From an uncultured Fimbriimonadaceae bacterium (lineage in GTDB: Bacteria > Armatimonadota > Fimbriimonadia > Fimbriimonadales > Fimbriimonadaceae), in the NCBI GenBank assembly GCA_964529975.1, contig CAZGXW010000001.1:33705-97704 (forward strand): DNA of 64,000 nucleotides. Reading direction: 5' to 3'. This document shows, piece after piece, positions 19,727 to 27,037 of this stretch. Positions within the stretch are counted from its first letter, which is position 1. Each line of letters starts with the position of its first letter. The position numbers were made by a program, and so were the translations under genes. The notes under the pieces were generated by a model. It made no database searches and had not been told where the DNA came from. It worked only from the letters and a program-made list of their open reading frames with translations.

Positions 19727-20053
19727 CTACCGGTTATGGGCGCTGCAGGTCGTTTCGCCTTGGAGACCGTTGAGGCTGTAGGTGCCCTTCAGGGGGCATA
19801 GGGGAGGATTCTCGATGTACTCGGGGAGCAGGTCTCGGAAGTAGACCTCGTCGCCAAAGACCTTGCCGTTGTCGACCATCCAGAGCATCTTGGCCTGCTG
19901 GAAGACCTGGCGGTTCTTGGAGCAGGCCGACTCTGTCGTCCTGACCCGGGCGTTGGCGTAGGCCGGGACGGCGATCGCGGTCAAGACGCCCAGGATCGCG
20001 ACGACGATCGCGAGTTCGATCAGGGTGAAGGCCTTGCGCTTCATATGGGACAC
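19727..20053 (-). CDS. small type IV pilin/pseudopilin-like protein (108 aa), paralog of 19325-19648
   Basis: (M)[34 protein letters not shown] start at 20053 with AGGAGG 8 nt upstream. Cys pattern matches the neighbour (LCPLKGTY...TTCSAH). Confidence 0.8.
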   Translation of the reverse strand: MSHMKRKAFTLIELAIVVAILGVLTAIAVPAYANARVRTTESACSKNRQVFQQAKMLWMVDNGKVFGDEVYFRDLLPEYIENPPLCPLKGTYSLNGLQGETTCSAHNR

Positions 20054-20181
20054 CTGTCAAACCTCCTGCACAGGACGGGCCAGGATCTGCCGTTCAGCCC
20101 AATCGCGACGTAAAGCCGTCACTCAACTCAGCAGACATGTGTCTACTCTTGCGAGAAAGTTCCCGCCATACCACAAAACCA

Positions 20182-20210
20182 TTGACAGCGCGCAACGGCT
20201 TTGATACAAT
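20182..20210 (+). promoter_or_regulatory. near-consensus sigma70 promoter for the fourth pilin-like gene
   Basis: TTGACA, 17-nt spacer, TACAAT, with an extended -10 TG (tttGaTACAAT). Confidence 0.6.
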
Positions 20211-20233
20211 TGGGACGTTTGGAGGTTATTATC

Positions 20234-21124
20234 ATGCGTAAGCGTGGATTCACACTCATCGAGTTGCTCGTCGTGATCGCGATCATCGCGATCCTGGCAG
20301 CGATTCTGTTCCCCGTGTTCGCTCAAGCCAAGGTTGCTGCGAAGAAGGCTGCCTGCATCAGTAACATGAAGCAGTGGAGCCTTGCGCACCAAATGTACTG
20401 GGCTGACTTCGACGACATGGTGTCGTTGTGGCAGTACCACTACAACTTCTCGGTTATTGCTCCGCAATACGACCGCGACCTGGGCAACTTGCTCTATCCG
20501 TACGTGAAGAACATGCAAATGTCCGTCACGCCGAACAGCCCGATCAGCTATCGGGCGCGCTTGACGAGCATCTACTTCCCTAACCCCGGAACGCTTACCG
20601 GACAGGCGAGGACCGACCAAGAGATCTTCAACGCTGGATGGTTGACCGACTACGGCTACAACTACCAGGCGCTGACGGGCTTCTTTGCTGGAAATCCGCC
20701 GTACGCCCCGTTCGGATTCATGTGGAACCCTCAAAAGGCCACTTCTGTCCAGAACCCGGGTGACTCGATCCTGAGCGTTACGGGCGTATTCGACCGTGAC
20801 TCAGCGGGCGGCGTCCTTGATGGAGGCCAGTTGCCGATCGACCCGCCGTGCCGTTACTACACTGACGGTACGGACACGTTGGCTCCGTCTCCCTATGGCT
20901 CGACAGGACGCTACTACTATGGTGGCTGGCGACCTGACCTGCCGCTCGCTTGGAACGTGTTCGGTGGCGTGTGGCCGTACTATGCCAACAGGGCAACAGT
21001 CGGCTTCATGGACAGCCACGCCAAGTCGCTCAACATTGGAGCGATCTCGGCAGGCTGTAATGTCCTCCCCGCTTGGGGTGGGCAGATCGTCGACCCGAGC
21101 ATCTACATCTGGGACCGCAACTAG
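20234..21124 (+). CDS. prepilin-type N-terminal cleavage/methylation domain protein (DUF1559/H-X9-DG-like), paralog of 18092-18991
   Basis: [44 protein letters not shown]...[16 protein letters not shown] upstream of the ATG at 20234. Confidence 0.85.
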   Translation: MRKRGFTLIELLVVIAIIAILAAILFPVFAQAKVAAKKAACISNMKQWSLAHQMYWADFDDMVSLWQYHYNFSVIAPQYDRDLGNLLYPYVKNMQMSVTPNSPISYRARLTSIYFPNPGTLTGQARTDQEIFNAGWLTDYGYNYQALTGFFAGNPPYAPFGFMWNPQKATSVQNPGDSILSVTGVFDRDSAGGVLDGGQLPIDPPCRYYTDGTDTLAPSPYGSTGRYYYGGWRPDLPLAWNVFGGVWPYYANRATVGFMDSHAKSLNIGAISAGCNVLPAWGGQIVDPSIYIWDRN

Positions 21125-21140
21125 TCGGACTCCCCTGACC

Positions 21141-21171
21141 GAGGGATCCGACACACGATGTCGGATCCCTC
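21141..21171 (+). other. stem-loop between the pilin-like gene and its lipoprotein gene
   Basis: gagggatccgaca-cacga-tgtcggatccctc, a 13-bp perfect stem, 17 nt after the stop codon. Confidence 0.5.
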
Positions 21172-21196
21172 ATCCATGTCGGAACCAAGAAGACCT

Positions 21197-21415
21197 ATGA
21201 AATCGATTCTCACTCTAATCCTGCTGGGCATCGCGCTGGCGATGTTCGGCTGCTCCTCGACGGAGACTACGCAAGACCAGGTCGAAAAGGACGCTGCGGC
21301 GATCACCACCGACCCCTCAGCGACTCCCATGCAGAGTCCAGACGTCCAACAGGCTCCACCGATCCCGTCTTCGCCCGATGGTCAACAGTACGGTAAGAAG
21401 CCGGCTGGCGGTTAG
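21197..21415 (+). CDS. small lipoprotein (72 aa) with a Pro/Gln-rich tail
   Basis: MKSILTLILLGIALAMFGC lipobox. Mature SSTETTQDQVEKDAAAITTDPSATP. Start set to the ATG at 21197. Confidence 0.65.
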   Translation: MKSILTLILLGIALAMFGCSSTETTQDQVEKDAAAITTDPSATPMQSPDVQQAPPIPSSPDGQQYGKKPAGG

Positions 21416-21433
21416 GCTCTCGATCCGCGTGAC

Positions 21434-21469
21434 AAGCGGGCCGGAACCCATGCGGTTTCCGGCCCGCTT
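21434..21469. terminator. stem-loop between the convergent lipoprotein gene and thrS
   Basis: aagcgggccggaa-(10 nt)-ttccggcccgctt, a 13-bp stem. Confidence 0.5.
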
Positions 21470-21488
21470 TCACTTGCCTGTACTGATC

Positions 21489-23363
21489 TCACTCCTTCAC
21501 TTTTTCCAAAAAGGCCGCAAGCGGCATCGCGCCGAGGTCGCCCTCTTCCCGCCCGCGCACACCGACAGTTCCCGCTTCGACGTCGTTGTCGCCGACTATC
21601 AGCATGTACGGGATCTTCATGCGGGCGTTCTCGCGGATCTTCTTCCCGAGCGTCTCGCGCCTGTCGTCGACCTGGACGCGCATCGGCTTCTCCGGCCTTG
21701 CCACGATCGGGGCGAAGGAAGTGAGTTCGCCTGTGAGTTTGGCGTCCCTGTTCGGGAAGCCCCGCAGCGCCGTTGCGATCGCCTCGGCGTAGTCGTTGTG
21801 ACGGTCTGCGATGGGCAACACCGCGACTTGGACGGGCGCAAGCCAAAACGGGAACGCGCCGGCGTACTGCTCCGTGAGGAGCCCGATCATGCGCTCGAGC
21901 GAACCGAAGGGCGCACGGTGGATCATGATCGGCCGGTGCGGCTTGCCGTCCTCGCCGATGTACTCCAGTTCGAACCTCTCGGGCAGGTTGTAGTCGACCT
22001 GGTTTGTGCCCATCTGCCACTCACGGCCGAGGGCGTCCTTGACCATCATGTCGAGTTTGGGGCCGTAGAAGGCCGCATCGCCGGGCGAGACCTCGTACTC
22101 CATACCGAGTTCGTCGCAGGCGCGTGTGATCGCCTCTTCGGCAAGTTTCCAGTTGTCCGGATGCCCGACGTACTTGTCCGAGGCCGGGTCGCGCGTGCCC
22201 ACGCGGGCGCGGTACTCGCTGAGCCCGAGCCGTTTGAGCACCGTGATGATGATGTCCACCACGCCCTTGAACTCCGCGAGGAGTTGGTCTTCGCGGACAA
22301 AGAGGTGGGCGTCGTCCTGCGTGAACCCGCGCACTCGGAGCATTCCGGCGAGTTCGCCGCTCTGCTCGTAGCGATAGACCGTGCCGAACTCGGCGTACCT
22401 GATCGGTAGGTCGCGGTACGACCGGAGCGCAGACTGGTACATCTCGATGTGGAACGGGCAGTTCATCGGCTTGAGGATGAAGGTCTCCTTCTCCTCGTCC
22501 TCCATGAACGGGAACATCTTCTCCTTGTATGTCTGGATGTGCCCCGACTTTTCGTACAGGCGCTTGCTAGCGATGTGCGGCGTGACGACCGGCAGATAGC
22601 CTCGCTTCAACTGCTCGTCCTTCATGAAGTCGCTTAGGACGTCGCGCAAGACCGCGCCCTTGGGAAGCCAGAGCGCGAGCCCGGGGCCGACGTTGTGCGA
22701 GAACATGAACAGCCCGAGTTCGCGCCCGAGGACTCGGTGGTCACGCTTCTTGGCCTCTTCCAGCATGTGGAGGTACTGCTCGAGTTCCTCCTTGGTCTCG
22801 AACGCTGTGCCGTAGATGCGTGTGAGTTGCTTGTTCTTAATGTCGCCGCGCCAGTACGCGCCTGCGATCGACATCAGTTTGAAGTTTTTGATGCCCTTCG
22901 TCGATTCGATGTGCGGACCGCGGCACAAGTCGATGAATACGTGCTCTTTGCCTTGCTTGTCCGTGGCGCGCTGCTCGTAGAACGAGACCTCGTCTCCCTC
23001 GGGGATGGCGTCGAGGAGTTCCAACTTGTACAGGGCCGTCTCCTCGCCCTGGCCCAGCGTGCACTCCTCAAGGATGATCCTCTTGGCGTCGGCCCTGTCC
23101 TTGGCCACGCGCTTGACGATGGACATGTCCAACTTGGCGAGTTCGCGCATCTTCTGCTCGATCTTGCCGAGATCCTCCTCTTTGAGGGGGCTCGGGAAGT
23201 CGATATCGTAGTAGAAGCCGTTCTCGATCGGGGGGCCGATGGAAAGTCTCGAGCCTGGGAACAGTTCGGTCACGGCCTGGGCCATGAGGTGGGCGGCGGA
23301 GTGGCGGAGACGGTAGAGGTCTGACTGCTCGTAGACCTGCTTTTCCTGTAGAAGTGAACTCAT
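21489..23363 (-). CDS. thrS: threonine--tRNA ligase (starts at the editing domain, no TGS domain)
   Basis: RHSAAHLMAQAV, CRGPH, KPMNCPFH, FTQDDAHLF and HRAPFGSLERMIGLL motifs. Start at ATG 23363 with GGGAGG 9 nt upstream. The 169-aa extension in the track overlaps the divergent gene. Confidence 0.93.
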   Translation of the reverse strand: MSSLLQEKQVYEQSDLYRLRHSAAHLMAQAVTELFPGSRLSIGPPIENGFYYDIDFPSPLKEEDLGKIEQKMRELAKLDMSIVKRVAKDRADAKRIILEECTLGQGEETALYKLELLDAIPEGDEVSFYEQRATDKQGKEHVFIDLCRGPHIESTKGIKNFKLMSIAGAYWRGDIKNKQLTRIYGTAFETKEELEQYLHMLEEAKKRDHRVLGRELGLFMFSHNVGPGLALWLPKGAVLRDVLSDFMKDEQLKRGYLPVVTPHIASKRLYEKSGHIQTYKEKMFPFMEDEEKETFILKPMNCPFHIEMYQSALRSYRDLPIRYAEFGTVYRYEQSGELAGMLRVRGFTQDDAHLFVREDQLLAEFKGVVDIIITVLKRLGLSEYRARVGTRDPASDKYVGHPDNWKLAEEAITRACDELGMEYEVSPGDAAFYGPKLDMMVKDALGREWQMGTNQVDYNLPERFELEYIGEDGKPHRPIMIHRAPFGSLERMIGLLTEQYAGAFPFWLAPVQVAVLPIADRHNDYAEAIATALRGFPNRDAKLTGELTSFAPIVARPEKPMRVQVDDRRETLGKKIRENARMKIPYMLIVGDNDVEAGTVGVRGREEGDLGAMPLAAFLEKVKE

Positions 23364-23456
23364 TTTCGGAACCCTCCCAGACGATGGGAACGAATTGTGG
23401 AACCCCATTATAGTGGGACTGGAAACATTCCAGCCCAGAATGGGGTCTAAGGAACC

Positions 23457-24230
23457 GTGAGACGAACTCTCGCTCTGTTGTGCGTGTTTGTGCCTGGCCT
23501 GAGCCTGGCGCAGGACTACGAGGCCGCCAAGGCCGTCATGGACGGCGCCTTGGCCGAGCTCGCGACCCAGAGCAGGCTCACGATGACCTTGACCGGGATC
23601 GAGGCAGACGGACAGAAGAAGACCCCGCTCTACGTCAGCCTGGGGCTTGAGACGTTTATCGTCGACAATCGGCCCGTGCCGTTCCTCGAGGTCATGGACT
23701 TCCGCAACAACCAGATCGTCAGCCGATCGGCAGCCGACGGCCAGAGGTTCTGGAACTACACCGTCGCAGATCGGACTTACACCAGCGCGGACTACGCAAC
23801 CGCTCCGTTCGTCGGTAAAGAAAAGGACAGGCTCTACCAGAACCTCGTCCTGCGCTCCAAAGGTCCGCAAGCCTTCATCGCGCGACTAATGAAGGACGCC
23901 TATGTGGGCGGCGAGCTTACGAGGGCGAACTGGTCGCCCTGGCGACCCAACTCGACAGTGACCTTCGATGCCGCCGGCAACGTGGTGTGCACTTCGAACC
24001 TCCCGAACCCGAGCACGCTGACCTACATCCTCTCACGCAACGCGGGCGGTACGTTCGTGCTGGACGGTGCTCAATACGTCGAGACCTCTGTGATCTCTGG
24101 CCGCACCCGGTCGACAACCTGGACGCTCACGATCACGCGCGGCCAGTATCCGCAAGGCACTTCGTTCCAGTTTGTTCCCCCCCAAGGCTCACGGGCGATC
24201 GCGATCAGCGAAGCGCGCGGCGGCTTTTAG
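23457..24230 (+). CDS. secreted hypothetical protein (possibly a LolA-like fold)
   Basis: GTG start, signal peptide MRRTLALLCVFVPGLSLAQD, beta-rich body, C-terminal FQFVPPQGSRAI reminiscent of LolA/DUF2092-type proteins (weak). Confidence 0.6.
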   Translation: MRRTLALLCVFVPGLSLAQDYEAAKAVMDGALAELATQSRLTMTLTGIEADGQKKTPLYVSLGLETFIVDNRPVPFLEVMDFRNNQIVSRSAADGQRFWNYTVADRTYTSADYATAPFVGKEKDRLYQNLVLRSKGPQAFIARLMKDAYVGGELTRANWSPWRPNSTVTFDAAGNVVCTSNLPNPSTLTYILSRNAGGTFVLDGAQYVETSVISGRTRSTTWTLTITRGQYPQGTSFQFVPPQGSRAIAISEARGGF

Positions 24231-24285
24231 CCCTGTCGCCCGCCCCCTGAACGGCTAGACTCCGACGTTCCGATTCGGAATCGTC

Positions 24286-25710
24286 GTGTCCGCTGAGCCT
24301 CAAGCCCTTGAGCGGCTTCCCGAAAGTTCGCTCCGCACCGTCTGGACCCTCGCCTGGCCCGCAGTGGCGTTGAACTCCCTCCAGACGTTCAATTCGCTGC
24401 TCGACAACTTCTTTTTGAGTTATGTTGGGGCGGCGGCCCTCACTGCTGTCGGCGCGTCGACGTCCTATGTCTTCCTGCTCTTCTCCATCAGCATGGCGCT
24501 CGGTACCGCGGCGACGGCGATCGTTAGCAGGGCCTTCGGCGCCGGGACCCACGACGAGTGCGTTACGGCGAACGGCAAGTGCCTCAGCCTCTCGGTCTGG
24601 TTCGGATTCGCGTTGATGGTGCTGGCCTATCCAGGGGCCCTCGGAGCGTCCCGTCTCCTCGTGTCGTCCGACCACCCCGAGGTCCAGTCGCAGTTCGTCC
24701 TCTACGCGACCCTCTTCGGGCTTGCCCTCCCGGCAGTCTTCGTCATCCAGTCGCTGGCCGGCGCACTGCGAGGCATCGGCGACACCAGAAGCCCCATGAT
24801 CCTGAGTGGGATCCAGATCCTCATCCACGTTCTGCTCAACTGCGTGCTCGTCCTTCCGACCCGCGACGTCGGAGGAATCACCTTTCCAGGAGCAGGTTGG
24901 GGACTCGCCGGCGCAGGAATCGCCATGACCGTCAGCGCTTGGGTGTCCGCCATCGCTTACCTCGTGTGGAGCAAGAGGACCTCTTTGGAGACCCGCCTTG
25001 AGTTCCGCTTGCCCGAGATGGACTGGATCAAGCGCATCTTGCGCATCGCCATACCGGCAAGCATGATGTCGATCGTCCGCGTCACGTCCTTGGCCATGTT
25101 CACGGTCGTGCTCAAGCACGTCGCAGACTCGATGCACGCCCAAGGTGCCCTTAGGCCAGGATTCTCCATCGAGTCGTTCGCGTTCATGCCTGCGTTCGGG
25201 CTCTCGATCGCCGCAGCCGCTCTCGTCGGCCAAAGCCTTGGCATGAAAGACCCCGACCGCGCCGAGCGCCTCGGCTGGACCGCCGCACACCAGGCGGCCA
25301 TCGTCAGCCTTGTCGTCTCGGTCCTCCTGTTCGTGTTCGCCGACCCTCTCTCGCGCATGGTCTTGCCAGGCGACCTGCCCACCGCCAGACTCGCCGCCAA
25401 CTTCATCCGCTACATCGCGTCGACCGAAGTCTTCTTTGCGTACGCCATGGTGCTCATCGGTGCGATGCAGGGCGCCGGAGACACCAAGCGGCCGCTCTGG
25501 CTCACCCTCATCTCCCTTTGGGGCCTGAGGGTGCCGCTGGCCGCGATCTTCGCCTGGCCAGGGGTCGTCCTCCTCGGGTTCGTCAGCGTCGACGGCCTGG
25601 GAATGGGTTCGGACGGAGCCTGGCTCAGCATGGCACTGACCCAGTTGGTCCAAGGCGTCTTCGCTATCTGGCTGTTCAAGAAGGGCGACTGGAAGCGGAC
25701 AGAAGTGTAG
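24286..25710 (+). CDS. MATE family efflux transporter
   Basis: 474 aa with about 12 TM segments. N-terminal WTLAWPAVALNSLQTFNSLLDNFFLS and GALRGIGDT / GAMQGAGDT repeats are typical of MatE domains. Confidence 0.9.
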   Translation: MSAEPQALERLPESSLRTVWTLAWPAVALNSLQTFNSLLDNFFLSYVGAAALTAVGASTSYVFLLFSISMALGTAATAIVSRAFGAGTHDECVTANGKCLSLSVWFGFALMVLAYPGALGASRLLVSSDHPEVQSQFVLYATLFGLALPAVFVIQSLAGALRGIGDTRSPMILSGIQILIHVLLNCVLVLPTRDVGGITFPGAGWGLAGAGIAMTVSAWVSAIAYLVWSKRTSLETRLEFRLPEMDWIKRILRIAIPASMMSIVRVTSLAMFTVVLKHVADSMHAQGALRPGFSIESFAFMPAFGLSIAAAALVGQSLGMKDPDRAERLGWTAAHQAAIVSLVVSVLLFVFADPLSRMVLPGDLPTARLAANFIRYIASTEVFFAYAMVLIGAMQGAGDTKRPLWLTLISLWGLRVPLAAIFAWPGVVLLGFVSVDGLGMGSDGAWLSMALTQLVQGVFAIWLFKKGDWKRTEV

Positions 25711-25755
25711 CAAACGCCCGGGTGCTAGACTCTGTATTCAAGAGCGGAGCCCAGA

Positions 25756-26229
25756 ATGAACGCCTCCCACCTGCACCTCGTCGTCAACCATATGCCGATG
25801 GCGTTCACTATCGCCGCGCTGTTCGTCATGCTGATAGGGTTCATCGGCAAGAACTCCAGCATCAAGAAAGTCTCGCTCGGCCTCATGGTGCTCGTCGCCC
25901 TGGCTAGCGGGGCTTCCTACTACTCCGGCGGGGCGGCTGGCGAGATCCTGGAAGAGGATCCCCGCTATCACGACCGGCTCGAAGCGCACGAAGAGTCCGC
26001 CGAAGTCACGTGGATTATCGGAATCGTCGTCGGCGTCGTCGGGCTGGCCGGACTGCTGATGGGCAAGAAGATGAACGACGTGCCGACGCCCGTCATGTTG
26101 GGCGCGCTCCTCTCGCTGCTGGTCGCGTCCTACTTCATCGCCAAGACGGCGAACCTCGGCGGGCACCTCATGCACCCCGAGACGCGGTCCGACGCAGTCT
26201 CCAAGTTCCTCAACCCTGGCGAAGGATAG
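25756..26229 (+). CDS. hypothetical membrane protein (157 aa, about 4 TM)
   Basis: Hydrophobic segments with protein-like composition. No family recognised. Confidence 0.55.
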   Translation: MNASHLHLVVNHMPMAFTIAALFVMLIGFIGKNSSIKKVSLGLMVLVALASGASYYSGGAAGEILEEDPRYHDRLEAHEESAEVTWIIGIVVGVVGLAGLLMGKKMNDVPTPVMLGALLSLLVASYFIAKTANLGGHLMHPETRSDAVSKFLNPGEG

Positions 26230-27037
26230 CGTCCGCCGTCACGGCCGCCCGTTTCGCTTGCGCGACGTCGTGCACACGAATGACCCGCGCGCCCTTCGCC
26301 TGGGCAAGCGTCTGCGCCGCCAGCGAACCCTCCAACCGCTTCTCAACCGGGGCTGGCTGGTCCTCAGTCCCCAACACGCGTCCAAGGAACGACTTCCTGC
26401 TAACGCCGACGAGCACGGGATAGCCAAGCGCGGCGACGCCTTCTAGTCGCGCGAGCAGACGCAAGTTATGCTCCAGCGTCTTGCCGAAGCCGATCCCAGG
26501 ATCGAGCCAGATGTTCTCGCGCAGCACGCCAGACTCCCTAGCGCGTGACGCGTGTCTCTCGAGTTCGCTCGTGACGTCGGCCACGACGTCGCCATATGTC
26601 GGATTGCTCTGCATCGTCCTCGGCTCGCCCTGCATGTGCATCAGGCACACGGTACAGCCCGCCTCGGCACACACTTCGCGCATGGCAGGGTCGCGCAGAG
26701 CAGTCACGTCGTTCACGACCAGCGCTCCGAGCCGCAGGCACTCCAGCGCCACCTCGTGCTTCGATGTGTCGATCGAGACCGCGACCCCGTCGCGGCACAA
26801 CGCCTCGACGACGGGAGCCACGCGCGCGAGTTCGTCGTCCAGGCTCACGGGCTCCGCTCCTGGTCGGGTCGATTCCCCGCCCACGTCGATCAGGTCCGCG
26901 CCTTCGGAGACCATCTGACGCGCCCTCTGCAGCGCGTCGTCGGGACGCAGGAACATCCCGCCGTCGCTGAAACTGTCTGGCGTCACGTTCAGCACCCCCA
27001 TGACCACGGTGCGGCCAGGAGGCAACGTGAAGGGCAC
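26210..27037 (-). CDS. folP: dihydropteroate synthase
   Basis: MGVLNVTPDSFSDGG, DVGGESTRPG and GFGK motifs. Start uncertain: GTG at 27037 (TAGTG overlap with the lysC stop) or ATG at 27001. Confidence 0.88.
   Translation of the reverse strand: MPFTLPPGRTVVMGVLNVTPDSFSDGGMFLRPDDALQRARQMVSEGADLIDVGGESTRPGAEPVSLDDELARVAPVVEALCRDGVAVSIDTSKHEVALECLRLGALVVNDVTALRDPAMREVCAEAGCTVCLMHMQGEPRTMQSNPTYGDVVADVTSELERHASRARESGVLRENIWLDPGIGFGKTLEHNLRLLARLEGVAALGYPVLVGVSRKSFLGRVLGTEDQPAPVEKRLEGSLAAQTLAQAKGARVIRVHDVAQAKRAAVTADAILRQG

Noticed and set aside
17891-21488. Pilin-like modules downstream of tRNA-Arg as a possible tRNA-integrated genomic island
   Set aside because: There is no integrase, no direct repeat of the tRNA 3' end that I could find before thrS, and no marked compositional shift. 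The same gene family also occurs upstream of the tRNA (12.4-14.6 kb).
23364-23870. N-terminal 169-aa extension of the thrS ORF. Similar upstream extensions exist for recR, the ABC ATPase, lptD-like, glnE, nth, exosortase, wzy, GT2 and glmS.
   Set aside because: The extensions lack conserved motifs, overlap neighbouring genes and lack ribosome-binding sites. Internal ATG, GTG or TTG starts with SD sequences or stop/start overlaps fit the family N-termini.
24205-25713. 502-aa minus-strand ORF covering the whole MATE transporter gene
   Set aside because: Composition is dominated by R, E, D, G and H with no hydrophobic core. The + strand ORF has clear 12-TM MATE features. It is a shadow ORF. The same reasoning applies to 18035-19051(-), 21378-22409(+), 31594-32619(-), 51198-52319(+), 54403-55764(+), 61561-62565(+) and similar track entries.
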